Below are positions 35,678 through 43,356 of a stretch of DNA of 64,000 nucleotides, one piece after another. The stretch is from Candidatus Pacearchaeota archaeon (lineage in GTDB: Archaea; Nanobdellota; Nanobdellia; Pacearchaeales; GW2011-AR1). The stretch is taken from the NCBI GenBank assembly GCA_040879785.1, contig JBBDJR010000006.1:410-64409 (forward strand). The letters run 5' to 3'. Every line of letters starts with the position of its first letter. Within the stretch, counting starts at the first letter, position 1. The notes under the pieces were generated by a model that worked only from the letters and a program-made list of their open reading frames with translations, was not told the DNA's origin and did not search any database. A program made the position numbers and the translations under genes.

Positions 35678-36171
35678 CCAAAATAACCTTTACTATTTAT
35701 CTCAACTTTATCATCCCACTTTCCTTTAACCTTTGCTGTAATCTCTAATAGGTCTTTTTTAACGTCCTGCCAAAGTTTGTAAGAATCTTTAATAAACTCT
35801 GCTTCTTTATTCTCGTCAAATTCTAAATCCCTCTCAATAAAAAGAATCTCGTTCTTCATCAATTCCTTATATATTACAGAAAGCTTTTTCTTATCCTCGG
35901 GCCCGAGAAGCTTCACAACGGAATAGATAAACACCGGAACATTCACTGGATTGATAAGATTCTCCAAGAACCTCATATAATTAATAATTTTATCTCCCAT
36001 AAATTTCCTTATCTCTCTAATAAGAATCTCAGTCTCAGACTCGGATATTTTTTCTATATGAAAATCCTCATTCAAATCCTCAAAACTCGGAAGATTATGT
36101 TTTTTCCTTAAAACCTCGTAATTCTTTCTAAGCCCCTCAAGTTTTGATTTATCTTCTGATTTTGCCATCAT
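35674..36171 (-). CDS. Hypothetical protein
   Basis: 165-aa ORF with normal composition. Confidence 0.65.
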   Translation of the reverse strand: MMAKSEDKSKLEGLRKNYEVLRKKHNLPSFEDLNEDFHIEKISESETEILIREIRKFMGDKIINYMRFLENLINPVNVPVFIYSVVKLLGPEDKKKLSVIYKELMKNEILFIERDLEFDENKEAEFIKDSYKLWQDVKKDLLEITAKVKGKWDDKVEINSKGYFG

Positions 36172-36205
36172 CTAAATTAACACGCGCGTTTTATAAATGT
36201 TAGCA

Positions 36206-36274
36206 AGCCTGTGTTGGGAGTTGAATGAGAACCTCCTGCGGGTTCCTCACACCTCCAGCCTCCCAACTCCAAAA
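36206..36274 (-). repeat. Degenerate second copy of the tRNA-Thr 3' end, forming a hairpin
   Basis: 36206-36225 matches 36275-36294 at 19 of 20 positions. On the minus strand GTTGGGAG pairs with CTCCCAAC. Confidence 0.6.
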
Positions 36275-36391
36275 AGCCTGTGCTGGGAGTTGAACCCAGG
36301 ACCTCGTCATTTTTGGATTTCTTTAAGTACCGAACTTTTCTAAAGCTAGGCATACCAATGACGCGCTCTACCTAATCTGAGCTACACAGGC
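36275..36391 (-). tRNA. tRNA-Thr (anticodon GGT) with 42-nt intron (36311-36352)
   Basis: Acceptor GCCTGTG/CACAGGC, D arm GCTC..GAGC, anticodon stem CGTCA/TGACG, loop TTGGTA|A, T arm CTGGG-TTCAACT-CCCAG, discriminator T. Confidence 0.85.
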
Positions 36392-36454
36392 ACACTACGT
36401 TCGCCTGTTCGCTACAAAACCGCCCTGGCGAGGTCGGCTTAGAGTTACACAGGC
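36392..36454 (-). other. Leader module starting with a tRNA-Thr 5' fragment, ending in a GCGAACGTAGTGT linker
   Basis: The minus strand reads GCCTGTGTAACTCTAAGCCGACC..GGGCGGTTTTGTAG..CAGGCGAACGTAGTGT. It is homologous to module 6571-6629. Confidence 0.6.
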
Positions 36455-36506
36455 ACAATTAACAATCTAACAAAACAATCAGAATCAGAGTATAAAAAGT
36501 TTAAGT

Positions 36507-36851
36507 CTAAGAAGATATCCCAAAAAAATTGTAAGTATATCTGCAATCCCAATCAATCCTCTCATCAACCTGAATCCCCTCTTCACAAACTAACACTTCC
36601 TGCCCGTCACACGATTTATATAAATTAAATACTCCTGTAAATAACACCGGCCCGTTAGATCCAAAACAACTGTTACAAGAAACCTCTCCTGTAAAATCGT
36701 CATCCTGAAGTTCACAAGGACATGCTAATAGTGTGCATCCCACGCCTCCTGCAGAAATCCCTGCAAACAAAAACAACAAATTCAACCCTAAATTAACAGT
36801 GACTAATAAAACAACCAGAAAAATAATAGATACCTTAAATGCATTTCTCAT
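36507..36851 (-). CDS. Small secreted/membrane Cys-rich protein
   Basis: N-terminal TM or signal helix and multiple Cys residues. Confidence 0.55.
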   Translation of the reverse strand: MRNAFKVSIIFLVVLLVTVNLGLNLLFLFAGISAGGVGCTLLACPCELQDDDFTGEVSCNSCFGSNGPVLFTGVFNLYKSCDGQEVLVCEEGIQVDERIDWDCRYTYNFFGISS

Positions 36852-36857
36852 TTAAAA

Positions 36858-37235
36858 TCACTTTTTTCGCTTTCGGGTTTTCTTAGCCTTTGGCTTTCCA
36901 CCCGCTTTATTCCTATTACCAGACTTTGAATAACCCACAATCAGCAAAACGATAAAGGCAATCAAAAATGCAAGGAATATGAATCCTGTTATAAAAGATA
37001 ATACCCAAAAGAAGCTGATAAAAAGGTCACTTGTAGAAGCACTATACAAAACAAACGAAGCTACAAACAGTATCAGGAACAAAATAAGATTCTTCCAAGC
37101 AACACCCAATTTTCTTGAGATACTATTAACTTTATTGGATGAAACTTTCTTTGCAACTGATTTCGAAGATTTCTTCACACTCTTCTTTGATGTTTTCTTA
37201 GCCCTCTTTTTTTGTGCCATTTTACATTTAAACAT
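36858..37235 (-). CDS. Small membrane protein with lysine-rich termini
   Basis: Two hydrophobic helices flanked by K-rich tails. Confidence 0.55.
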   Translation of the reverse strand: MFKCKMAQKKRAKKTSKKSVKKSSKSVAKKVSSNKVNSISRKLGVAWKNLILFLILFVASFVLYSASTSDLFISFFWVLSFITGFIFLAFLIAFIVLLIVGYSKSGNRNKAGGKPKAKKTRKRKK

Positions 37236-37284
37236 AATAAAAGGAGTATTTAAATATTTTCACATAAAGCCTGTCCAAAATAAA

Positions 37285-37503
37285 CTAACTCCCCTCAAAA
37301 TTATTCTCAGGGAGCCAACTGGAATCAAGGACATATTCTGCAACTTCACTTACTTGCAAAAAAATACTCCCTAACCATCCTGAATAAACATCAAAGAATA
37401 CTTCCCTCTCACCTGAATCTCCTAAATGCAAATTCCCGTTACTAACTACAAAAAGCGCAGAAATAAAAAAGAATTTTATAATCACAAGAGCCAGATATTT
37501 CAT
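37285..37503 (-). CDS. Small secreted/membrane protein
   Basis: 72-aa ORF with an N-terminal hydrophobic helix. Confidence 0.4.
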   Translation of the reverse strand: MKYLALVIIKFFFISALFVVSNGNLHLGDSGEREVFFDVYSGWLGSIFLQVSEVAEYVLDSSWLPENNFEGS

Positions 37504-37518
37504 TTTAAAACCTCAAGT

Positions 37519-37833
37519 TCATCCACTTGACACAGTAGCATTTACTAACTCATCTCCTTTCCATTCCTGATTAAAAACATAGCTGGATATCTCAACAATA
37601 TTTGAGCCAGCATTTACCAACCATGAAACATAAGTTTTCGCCGCAGAAGAAACTCCATCAAGGGTGCTAAAATTTACCTCTCCTCCCGAAAAAACCATAA
37701 ATCCTGTAACAAGCAAAAATCCTATTCCTAACACAATAAAAAGGTATGCCAGCTTCGTCCGATAGTTATTCCATTTAAACAAAATGAAAATTACTAACAA
37801 CGCCAAAAGACCCCACCATAAAAAACTGGACAT
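37519..37833 (-). CDS. Small two-helix membrane protein
   Basis: 104-aa ORF with two hydrophobic helices. Confidence 0.5.
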   Translation of the reverse strand: MSSFLWWGLLALLVIFILFKWNNYRTKLAYLFIVLGIGFLLVTGFMVFSGGEVNFSTLDGVSSAAKTYVSWLVNAGSNIVEISSYVFNQEWKGDELVNATVSSG

Positions 37834-37891
37834 TTTATACCTCTTTAATTAAAAGTCAAAGTTATATAAAAACCTTTCTGAACTCAAAAAA

Positions 37892-38344
37892 CTAAAAGAA
37901 GAACAGATACCTCAAGATTAAAAGCAGAATGAAAATCCCAAACACGACGTCTATTGTTTTCTCAGTTTTTCCTCCAAAAGTTATGAATCCTTTTGTTCTT
38001 GCTTTAAGTGGCCAGAAAGGACTTATTCCTTCAACGGTAAGACTGTCAAGAAACAAATGGAAAGAATATCCTAAGAAGAAAGGGAATGCAAGAATTGGAT
38101 AGAAAAAGGCCAGAAGAATTGAAATAAGAACACATAGAGTATAGCTGTGCATGAAATCCTTAGATATCTTAGACTTAATCGTTTTAATAGTGTTGTATTT
38201 ATTCCTTGAAGAAATAAAAGAATCGAGATCAGGAATAAGACTCGCAAGGAGAACTACCGGGAAAAACACAACTTTATAATTTACATAAGGTAGAAAATAA
38301 AGAGCTATAAAAATTCCTATTATAAAATGAGTTTTTTTAAGCAT
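37892..38344 (-). CDS. Membrane-bound metal-dependent hydrolase, YdjM/DUF457-like
   Basis: THFIIG..., SLIPDLDS, and HLFLDSLTVEGISPFWPL motifs. Confidence 0.7.
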   Translation of the reverse strand: MLKKTHFIIGIFIALYFLPYVNYKVVFFPVVLLASLIPDLDSFISSRNKYNTIKTIKSKISKDFMHSYTLCVLISILLAFFYPILAFPFFLGYSFHLFLDSLTVEGISPFWPLKARTKGFITFGGKTEKTIDVVFGIFILLLILRYLFFF

Positions 38345-38421
38345 GATTCAATAAAAAAACCATCAAATTTAAATCTATCCTTTAGAAATATTTTAATACT
38401 CTAATCACAGAACTCTTTAGA

Positions 38422-38447
38422 AGCCCCATAGTACAGTGGTCAAGTAG
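38422..38447 (+). pseudogene. Promoter-proximal 5' fragment of a tRNA-Gln gene
   Basis: AGCCCCATAGTACAGTGGTCAAGTAG matches 39391-39416 at 19 of 26 positions, with compensatory D-stem differences. No downstream tRNA body follows it. Confidence 0.65.
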
Positions 38448-39390
38448 TAAGATATATAAATGTATTTTTCTTTAATTATTTATGAGACTGAAATTAAAAA
38501 AGGGAAAACAAAGAGAACTAATAAAAGAATTTAAGGATGAAAAAAGATTAACATGGATTAATCTAGCAGACCTTCTTGGGATAAAATATGGTAGGCTAAA
38601 AGCATATGTTGATGAGACATCCTTAATTCCAAAAAGTTTTTATGAAAAACTTGATACAAAAAAGAAATTTTCAAAATATATAATTGAAGAGATGGTAGAG
38701 GGTTGGGGGAAGATAAAGGGAGGCAAAAATTCGGGAGGAAGTACTAAAGATATTAGTTTTCCAAGAGAATCAGGAAGTTTAGCAGAATTTTTTGGTATAA
38801 TGCTTGGTGACGGCAATTCGCATAAAACAGCATTTTATAATTCTAGAAAAGATAAAAGAGGAACCTATATGATAAGAATAGTTGGTGATTCAAGATATGA
38901 TAAAGACTATCTAATAAAATATGTAAAGCCATTGATTAGAAAGTTGTTTAACATAAATGTTCGTTCAGGCAAATTTAAGAAACAAAATGCTATTTATATT
39001 GAAGCACACAGTCGTCAACTAATAGAATTTTTAGAAGCAAAAGAATTTAAGCCAGGGAATAAAATAAAGAATAAATTGACAATTCCTGGATGGATACTTA
39101 ACGAAGAAACTTATCTGAAACACTGCCTTAGAGGTCTTATAGACACTGATGGGAGTATCCATAAAATGTCTAACAAGGATCCAAAATTAATTAGAATAAG
39201 TTTTAAGAATCATAATAAAACACTTCTTAAGAATACTAAGGAAGCATTTATCCAAATTGGATTCAATCCGTCAAAGATAATATTGAACAATGTTTTTTAC
39301 ATATCAAGACAGAGTGAAATAAAGAAATATTTAAAAGAGATTGGATTCTCCAACAATAGACATAAGGAAAGGTTAAAAGCTCTTAGAAAA
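38448..39390 (+). mobile_element. Insertion block carrying a LAGLIDADG endonuclease gene between the tRNA-Gln fragment and the intact tRNA-Gln
   Basis: Bounded by the imperfect 22-26-nt tRNA-derived direct repeat. Contains its own A/T box (ATATATAAA) ~25 nt before ATG 38482. Confidence 0.55.
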
Positions 39391-39405
39391 AGCCCCATCG
39401 TCTAG
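38482..39405 (+). CDS. Double-motif LAGLIDADG homing endonuclease with N-terminal HTH-like extension
   Basis: LAEFFGIMLGDGNS and LRGLIDTDGSI motifs ~115 aa apart. The stop codon TAG (39403-39405) lies inside the tRNA-Gln D arm. Confidence 0.85.
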   Translation: MRLKLKKGKQRELIKEFKDEKRLTWINLADLLGIKYGRLKAYVDETSLIPKSFYEKLDTKKKFSKYIIEEMVEGWGKIKGGKNSGGSTKDISFPRESGSLAEFFGIMLGDGNSHKTAFYNSRKDKRGTYMIRIVGDSRYDKDYLIKYVKPLIRKLFNINVRSGKFKKQNAIYIEAHSRQLIEFLEAKEFKPGNKIKNKLTIPGWILNEETYLKHCLRGLIDTDGSIHKMSNKDPKLIRISFKNHNKTLLKNTKEAFIQIGFNPSKIILNNVFYISRQSEIKKYLKEIGFSNNRHKERLKALRKSPIV

Positions 39406-39463
39406 CGGTCAAAGATCTGGCCCTCTGGAGGCTAGGACCCAGGTTCGAATCCTGGTGGGGCTA
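39391..39463 (+). tRNA. tRNA-Gln (anticodon CTG), no intron
   Basis: Acceptor AGCCCCA/TGGGGCT (A1-U72), D arm GTCT..AGAT, anticodon stem TGGCC/GGCTA, loop CTCTGGA, T arm CCAGG-TTCGAAT-CCTGG. Confidence 0.85.
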
Positions 39464-39510
39464 TTCTCCTATTCCCCAAAGTTTAAATATCCCTTATTCC
39501 TAGATAAGAT

Positions 39511-39774
39511 ATGGCGGAAAAAGCTGAAGAAGCCAAAAAAATCGGGACGGTGTCGGGATACTTTAGCCATGTCGGAGTGGCTGCCATAAAGCTTTCAAAC
39601 AACCTTAAAGTTGGAGACAAAATCCACATAAAAGGACACACGACCGACTTTGAAACTCAGATAAAAGATATGCAAATCAATAGAAAGGATGTCAAGGAAG
39701 CAAAGAAAGGAGATCATATAGGAATAAAAGTTCCGGATAAAGTAAGGCCCAACGATGATGTTTTTCTGGTTTAA
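39511..39774 (+). CDS. Small EF-Tu domain-2-like beta-barrel protein
   Basis: IGTVSGYFSHVGVAAIKLSNNLKVGDKIHIKG...AKKGDHIGIKV pattern; 87 aa. Confidence 0.5.
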   Translation: MAEKAEEAKKIGTVSGYFSHVGVAAIKLSNNLKVGDKIHIKGHTTDFETQIKDMQINRKDVKEAKKGDHIGIKVPDKVRPNDDVFLV

Positions 39775-39868
39775 TAAATCCTTCTGGACTAATTAAAAAT
39801 TACTCTACTAATAATCATATTAAGCAATCTTTAAAAACAAAATTCTCTCTTAATCTTTAGTTTTGTTT

Positions 39869-40024
39869 GCCCTGATTTTACTAAGCCAGGGCAGATTGGA
39901 TGAATGCAAGGTACAAGCCCTTGGCCGACGTCGCTATGGCGGTCTAGGGTGAACGAAGCGTAGCGAAGTGAGCCCTGATTTAGCCACGCTTGGACGAAGC
40001 AGGGTGAGCGAACGAAGTGAGTGA
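39869..40024 (+). other. Three GC-rich hairpin modules plus linkers forming the tRNA-Glu(CUC) leader
   Basis: M1 39869-39892 (GCCCTG..CAGGGC), M2 39917-39950 (GCCCT..AGGGT), M3 39972-40005 (GCCCTG..CAGGGT). Linkers are GAACGAAGCGTAGCGAAGTG and GAGCGAACGAAGTGAGTGA. Confidence 0.6.
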
Positions 40025-40142
40025 GCCCCCGTAGTTCAGAGGCCAAGAATGCGGCCCTCTCAAATGGCAAAGCTTTGACGTTTGATTCAAAGTGAAGCTT
40101 TGAAGTACGGCCGTGACCCGAGTTCGAATCTCGGCGGGGGCG
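40025..40142 (+). tRNA. tRNA-Glu (anticodon CTC) with 45-nt intron (40063-40107)
   Basis: Acceptor GCCCCCG/CGGGGGC, the same D and anticodon arms as the 8277 copy, loop CTCTCA, T arm CCGAG-TTCGAAT-CTCGG. Confidence 0.9.
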
Positions 40143-40227
40143 TCCAAACCCTCAAAAAACCAATTTTGACTTTTATCACTAAACAAAGTACACAATGATT
40201 TATATATAAAAAAGCCTTATTCTAAAC

Positions 40228-40674
40228 ATGGTCAGCGTCGGAAATCTCAAAAGAGAGCACGAAGAAATCTTCAGAAGCTTGCTGGACTTTGAAGAAGAAA
40301 TAAACAACGGCGAAAAAGACCCTCTGAAACTAAGCTATCATTTAAATAAAACAATTGACCTGATTCTGTATCACAACCAAAACCACAAATCATTTCTAGA
40401 AGATTTTGATGGCGAAGAGGCAAACAACATAAAAAACCAGATTAACAAATCAAGAATAAACCCAAGGGAAATAAGAGGGCACATCTTTGTCATAAGCAAA
40501 GCAATTAGTTCAAATAACGGCGGAATAAAAACAGCTCTTGAAAACGATGGAAGGATGTTCATATCAAAAGTAAAAGAGCACATACTCAACGAAGAGATGA
40601 TTCTTGATAAAATGCTTTTCTTAGGAGTTCTCCAGAGCCAGGAAAACAGAAACAAAATTGAAGAAATACACTAA
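40228..40674 (+). CDS. Hypothetical protein (possibly hemerythrin-like helical bundle)
   Basis: 148-aa ORF. LKREHEEIFRSLLDFEEEI resembles hemerythrin/HHE starts only weakly. Confidence 0.5.
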   Translation: MVSVGNLKREHEEIFRSLLDFEEEINNGEKDPLKLSYHLNKTIDLILYHNQNHKSFLEDFDGEEANNIKNQINKSRINPREIRGHIFVISKAISSNNGGIKTALENDGRMFISKVKEHILNEEMILDKMLFLGVLQSQENRNKIEEIH

Positions 40675-40745
40675 CCGAAACCCAGAGTAACAATGCCAAC
40701 TAATTTCACAGATAACTTTAAAAACGAATTCCTCTGAGTTCTATC

Positions 40746-40862
40746 ATGAAACGGTCATCAAGAAGGTGGAAAAAAGAAAGGCAAATGAGATGGAAATGGC
40801 AGAGAAAACGTCTTAAAAAAGAAAAAGCCAAGAGAAAAATCAAGAAAGCAAGAAGCAAATAA
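40746..40862 (+). CDS. 38-aa extremely basic peptide, ribosomal L41e-like candidate
   Basis: MKRSSRRWKKERQMRWKWQRKRLKKEKAKRKIKKARSK. It falls below the ORF-track length cutoff. A TTTAAAAA box lies exactly 29 nt upstream (40717-40724). Confidence 0.4.
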   Translation: MKRSSRRWKKERQMRWKWQRKRLKKEKAKRKIKKARSK

Positions 40863-40914
40863 AAATATTTCTTAGTATAACAAAGCTTTTAAGCAACATA
40901 TTTCTGGATGAGCC

Positions 40915-41112
40915 ATGACATTTAATTACAATCCAAGTGTAAAAGATTGTGTAGATCACATGAATAAAAGACCTGAGGAAAGGATGGAAGAAACATTCGG
41001 CTACTGGGCAACAGCAGAAAACCTCTCTGAAATAGATGAATACAGAGCAAAAATGGAAAGCGAAGACGGCCCAAATTCCGAAAGTCTTGAATCAATATTC
41101 TCTCACGAATAA
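40915..41112 (+). CDS. Small acidic hypothetical protein
   Basis: 65-aa ORF with a weak A/T box ~28 nt upstream. Preferred over the overlapping antisense ORF on composition. Confidence 0.4.
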   Translation: MTFNYNPSVKDCVDHMNKRPEERMEETFGYWATAENLSEIDEYRAKMESEDGPNSESLESIFSHE

Positions 41113-41178
41113 GCCAGCCTGACCATAATTCTTCTCGACTCCCACAATGTTTATAAGTTTCCATTAAATCAAGTTCAT

Positions 41179-42138
41179 ATGACATCTGAAATCTGGACAG
41201 AAAAGTACAGGCCCGAGAAGTTCCAAGACCTTGTCGGACAGGATGAAACGATAAAGAAAATCCAGTCTCTTACAAATTCATTAAACATTCCCCACCTTCT
41301 TTTCGCAGGGCCCGCAGGAACCGGAAAATCCACCCTCGCACTAATTGTTGTTAAAGAACTCTTTGGGGAGCACTGGAAAGACAACCACCTTGAACTCAAC
41401 GCAAGCGACGAGCGAGGCATCCAGATAGTAAGAGAAAAAGTAAAGAACTTCGCAAGAACCAAATCTATCGGAAACGTCCCTTTCAAAATAATCTTCCTTG
41501 ATGAAGCGGATGCATTAACTCCTGAAGCCCAGCAGGCTCTAAGAAGAACAATGGAAAACTATTCCACCACTTGCAGATTCATTCTTTCATGCAACTTCTC
41601 GAGCAAAATCATAGACCCAATTCAATCCCGTTGTGCAATCTTCAGATTCAAACTTCTGGAAAAAAAAGACATAGAAAAGGTCATAAGAAAAATAGAAGAA
41701 AAAGAAAATCTTCAAATAAATGACGAAGCAACAGAGCTTCTTTACGAGGGGAGCGAAGGAGACTGCAGAAGAATAATCAACATGCTCCAATCAACCGCAT
41801 CAATCTCGCCGACAATATCTAAAGAGCTGGTATCAACAGTTATCTCAAGCACAAAACCCAAGGACATCATTGTCGTTTTAGATTACGCTCTTTCAGGAGA
41901 CTTTCAAAAAGCAAGAGAAAAACTTCTTGATGTAATGCTCAAGGAAGGAATCTCTGGACAGGATGTCGTTAAAGCAATACAAAAAGAAATCTGGAACCTT
42001 CCTATAGAACCTGAAATAAAAGTTAAACTAACAGAAAAAACAGGTGAGGCAGAATTCAGGATTGTAGAGGGAAGCGACCCTTTCATTCAGCTCCAGGCTC
42101 TTCTTGCCAGTTTTGTCCTGGCCGGGTTAGGGAAGTGA
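41179..42138 (+). CDS. rfcS: Replication factor C small subunit
   Basis: WTEKYRPEKF, GPAGTGKST, FLDEADALT and SRC motifs. Confidence 0.95.
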   Translation: MTSEIWTEKYRPEKFQDLVGQDETIKKIQSLTNSLNIPHLLFAGPAGTGKSTLALIVVKELFGEHWKDNHLELNASDERGIQIVREKVKNFARTKSIGNVPFKIIFLDEADALTPEAQQALRRTMENYSTTCRFILSCNFSSKIIDPIQSRCAIFRFKLLEKKDIEKVIRKIEEKENLQINDEATELLYEGSEGDCRRIINMLQSTASISPTISKELVSTVISSTKPKDIIVVLDYALSGDFQKAREKLLDVMLKEGISGQDVVKAIQKEIWNLPIEPEIKVKLTEKTGEAEFRIVEGSDPFIQLQALLASFVLAGLGK

Positions 42139-42142
42139 TAAA

Positions 42143-43336
42143 ATGACTAACACAAAAAACTGGGTGGAAAAGCACAGGCCAAAATATTTTGGAGATATAA
42201 AAGGACAGGAACAAGCAGTAGAAAAATTAAGAGAGTTTGTTAGGGACTTCAAAAGAGGAGGAAAAAGTAAAAAAGCCATACTCATCCACGGGCCTCCGGG
42301 AACCGGAAAAACCACAATGGCCCATGTAACCGCGAATGAGGCTAATTCTGAAATATTTGAGTTAAACGCTTCTGATTTAAGAGATAGTAAAAAAATAAAA
42401 GAAATTTTAAAACCAGCAACAGAGCAACGCTCACTCTCAAAAGAAAGCAAAATAATTCTCGTTGACGAGGTTGACGGGATTTCTGGAGTTGACAGGGGAG
42501 GAGTTTCCGAATTAAAAAACCTGATTGAATCAACATCTTACCCTCTCGTAATAACTGCAAATGATATCTGGGATAAAAAATTCAGTGAGATAAGAAAAAA
42601 ATCCGAATTAGTAAAACTCAAAGAAATAGATTACAACACAATAAAGAAAGTGATGATTGACATCTTAAGAAATGAAAAAAAGTTTATTGATACCAACGTC
42701 CTAACGAACATCGCAATAAAAGCTAAAGGCGATATGCGGGCGGCAATAAACGACTTACAAATAGCCTCCGGGATGAAAGACCCTTCAAAGATTTTATTTG
42801 ACGAAAGAAACAAAGAAACAGATATATTCAACGCATTAAGGATGATTTTCAAAGGAAAGCCATCCAAAGAATTCTTAAAAGTTTTTGATTCAATAGACAT
42901 GCCCTTGGACGAGATAATTCTCTGGGTTGAGGAAAACATTCCCTCAGAATATCAGGGAGAGGAGCTTGCGAAAGCTTACGACTCTTTAAGCAGGGTGGAC
43001 ATATTCAGAAGAAGAATTTATCGGCAACAATACTGGAGATTCCTGATTTACGAAAACGCACTCTTAAGCTACGGAATTTCAAGCGCAAAGAAAACAGAAA
43101 AAACCGGTTTCACAAGCTACAAAAAACCAACCCGAATTCTTAAAATATGGATGAATAATAGGAAAATAGAAAAGAAAAAATCAATTGCAAACAAATACGC
43201 AAGATACGTTCACGTCGGACAAAAAAGAGCTCTTAAGGAATTCCCGACAATAAAACAATTCCTCATAAAACCAGAAGTCCAAAAAGAACTAAAACTCTCA
43301 GAAGATGAAATTGAGTATCTGAACAAGATTAGTTAA
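42143..43336 (+). CDS. rfcL: Replication factor C large subunit
   Basis: [19 protein letters not shown] and LVDEVDG. Adjacent to rfcS. Confidence 0.9.
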   Translation: MTNTKNWVEKHRPKYFGDIKGQEQAVEKLREFVRDFKRGGKSKKAILIHGPPGTGKTTMAHVTANEANSEIFELNASDLRDSKKIKEILKPATEQRSLSKESKIILVDEVDGISGVDRGGVSELKNLIESTSYPLVITANDIWDKKFSEIRKKSELVKLKEIDYNTIKKVMIDILRNEKKFIDTNVLTNIAIKAKGDMRAAINDLQIASGMKDPSKILFDERNKETDIFNALRMIFKGKPSKEFLKVFDSIDMPLDEIILWVEENIPSEYQGEELAKAYDSLSRVDIFRRRIYRQQYWRFLIYENALLSYGISSAKKTEKTGFTSYKKPTRILKIWMNNRKIEKKKSIANKYARYVHVGQKRALKEFPTIKQFLIKPEVQKELKLSEDEIEYLNKIS

Positions 43337-43356
43337 GATTTAAGTAAAATAAATAA

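Noticed and set aside
38422-39463. The LAGLIDADG ORF as a conventional bulge-helix-bulge intron within tRNA-Gln
   Set aside because: The upstream fragment's D-stem (GTAC..GTAG) is incompatible with the downstream body (..AGAT). The downstream copy is already a complete, self-consistent tRNA.
39831-40195. Two minus-strand ORFs (79 and 71 aa) over the tRNA-Glu(CUC) locus
   Set aside because: They lie antisense to a tRNA and its GC-rich leader modules. Their Arg/Pro/Ser/Cys-rich composition is atypical for this proteome.
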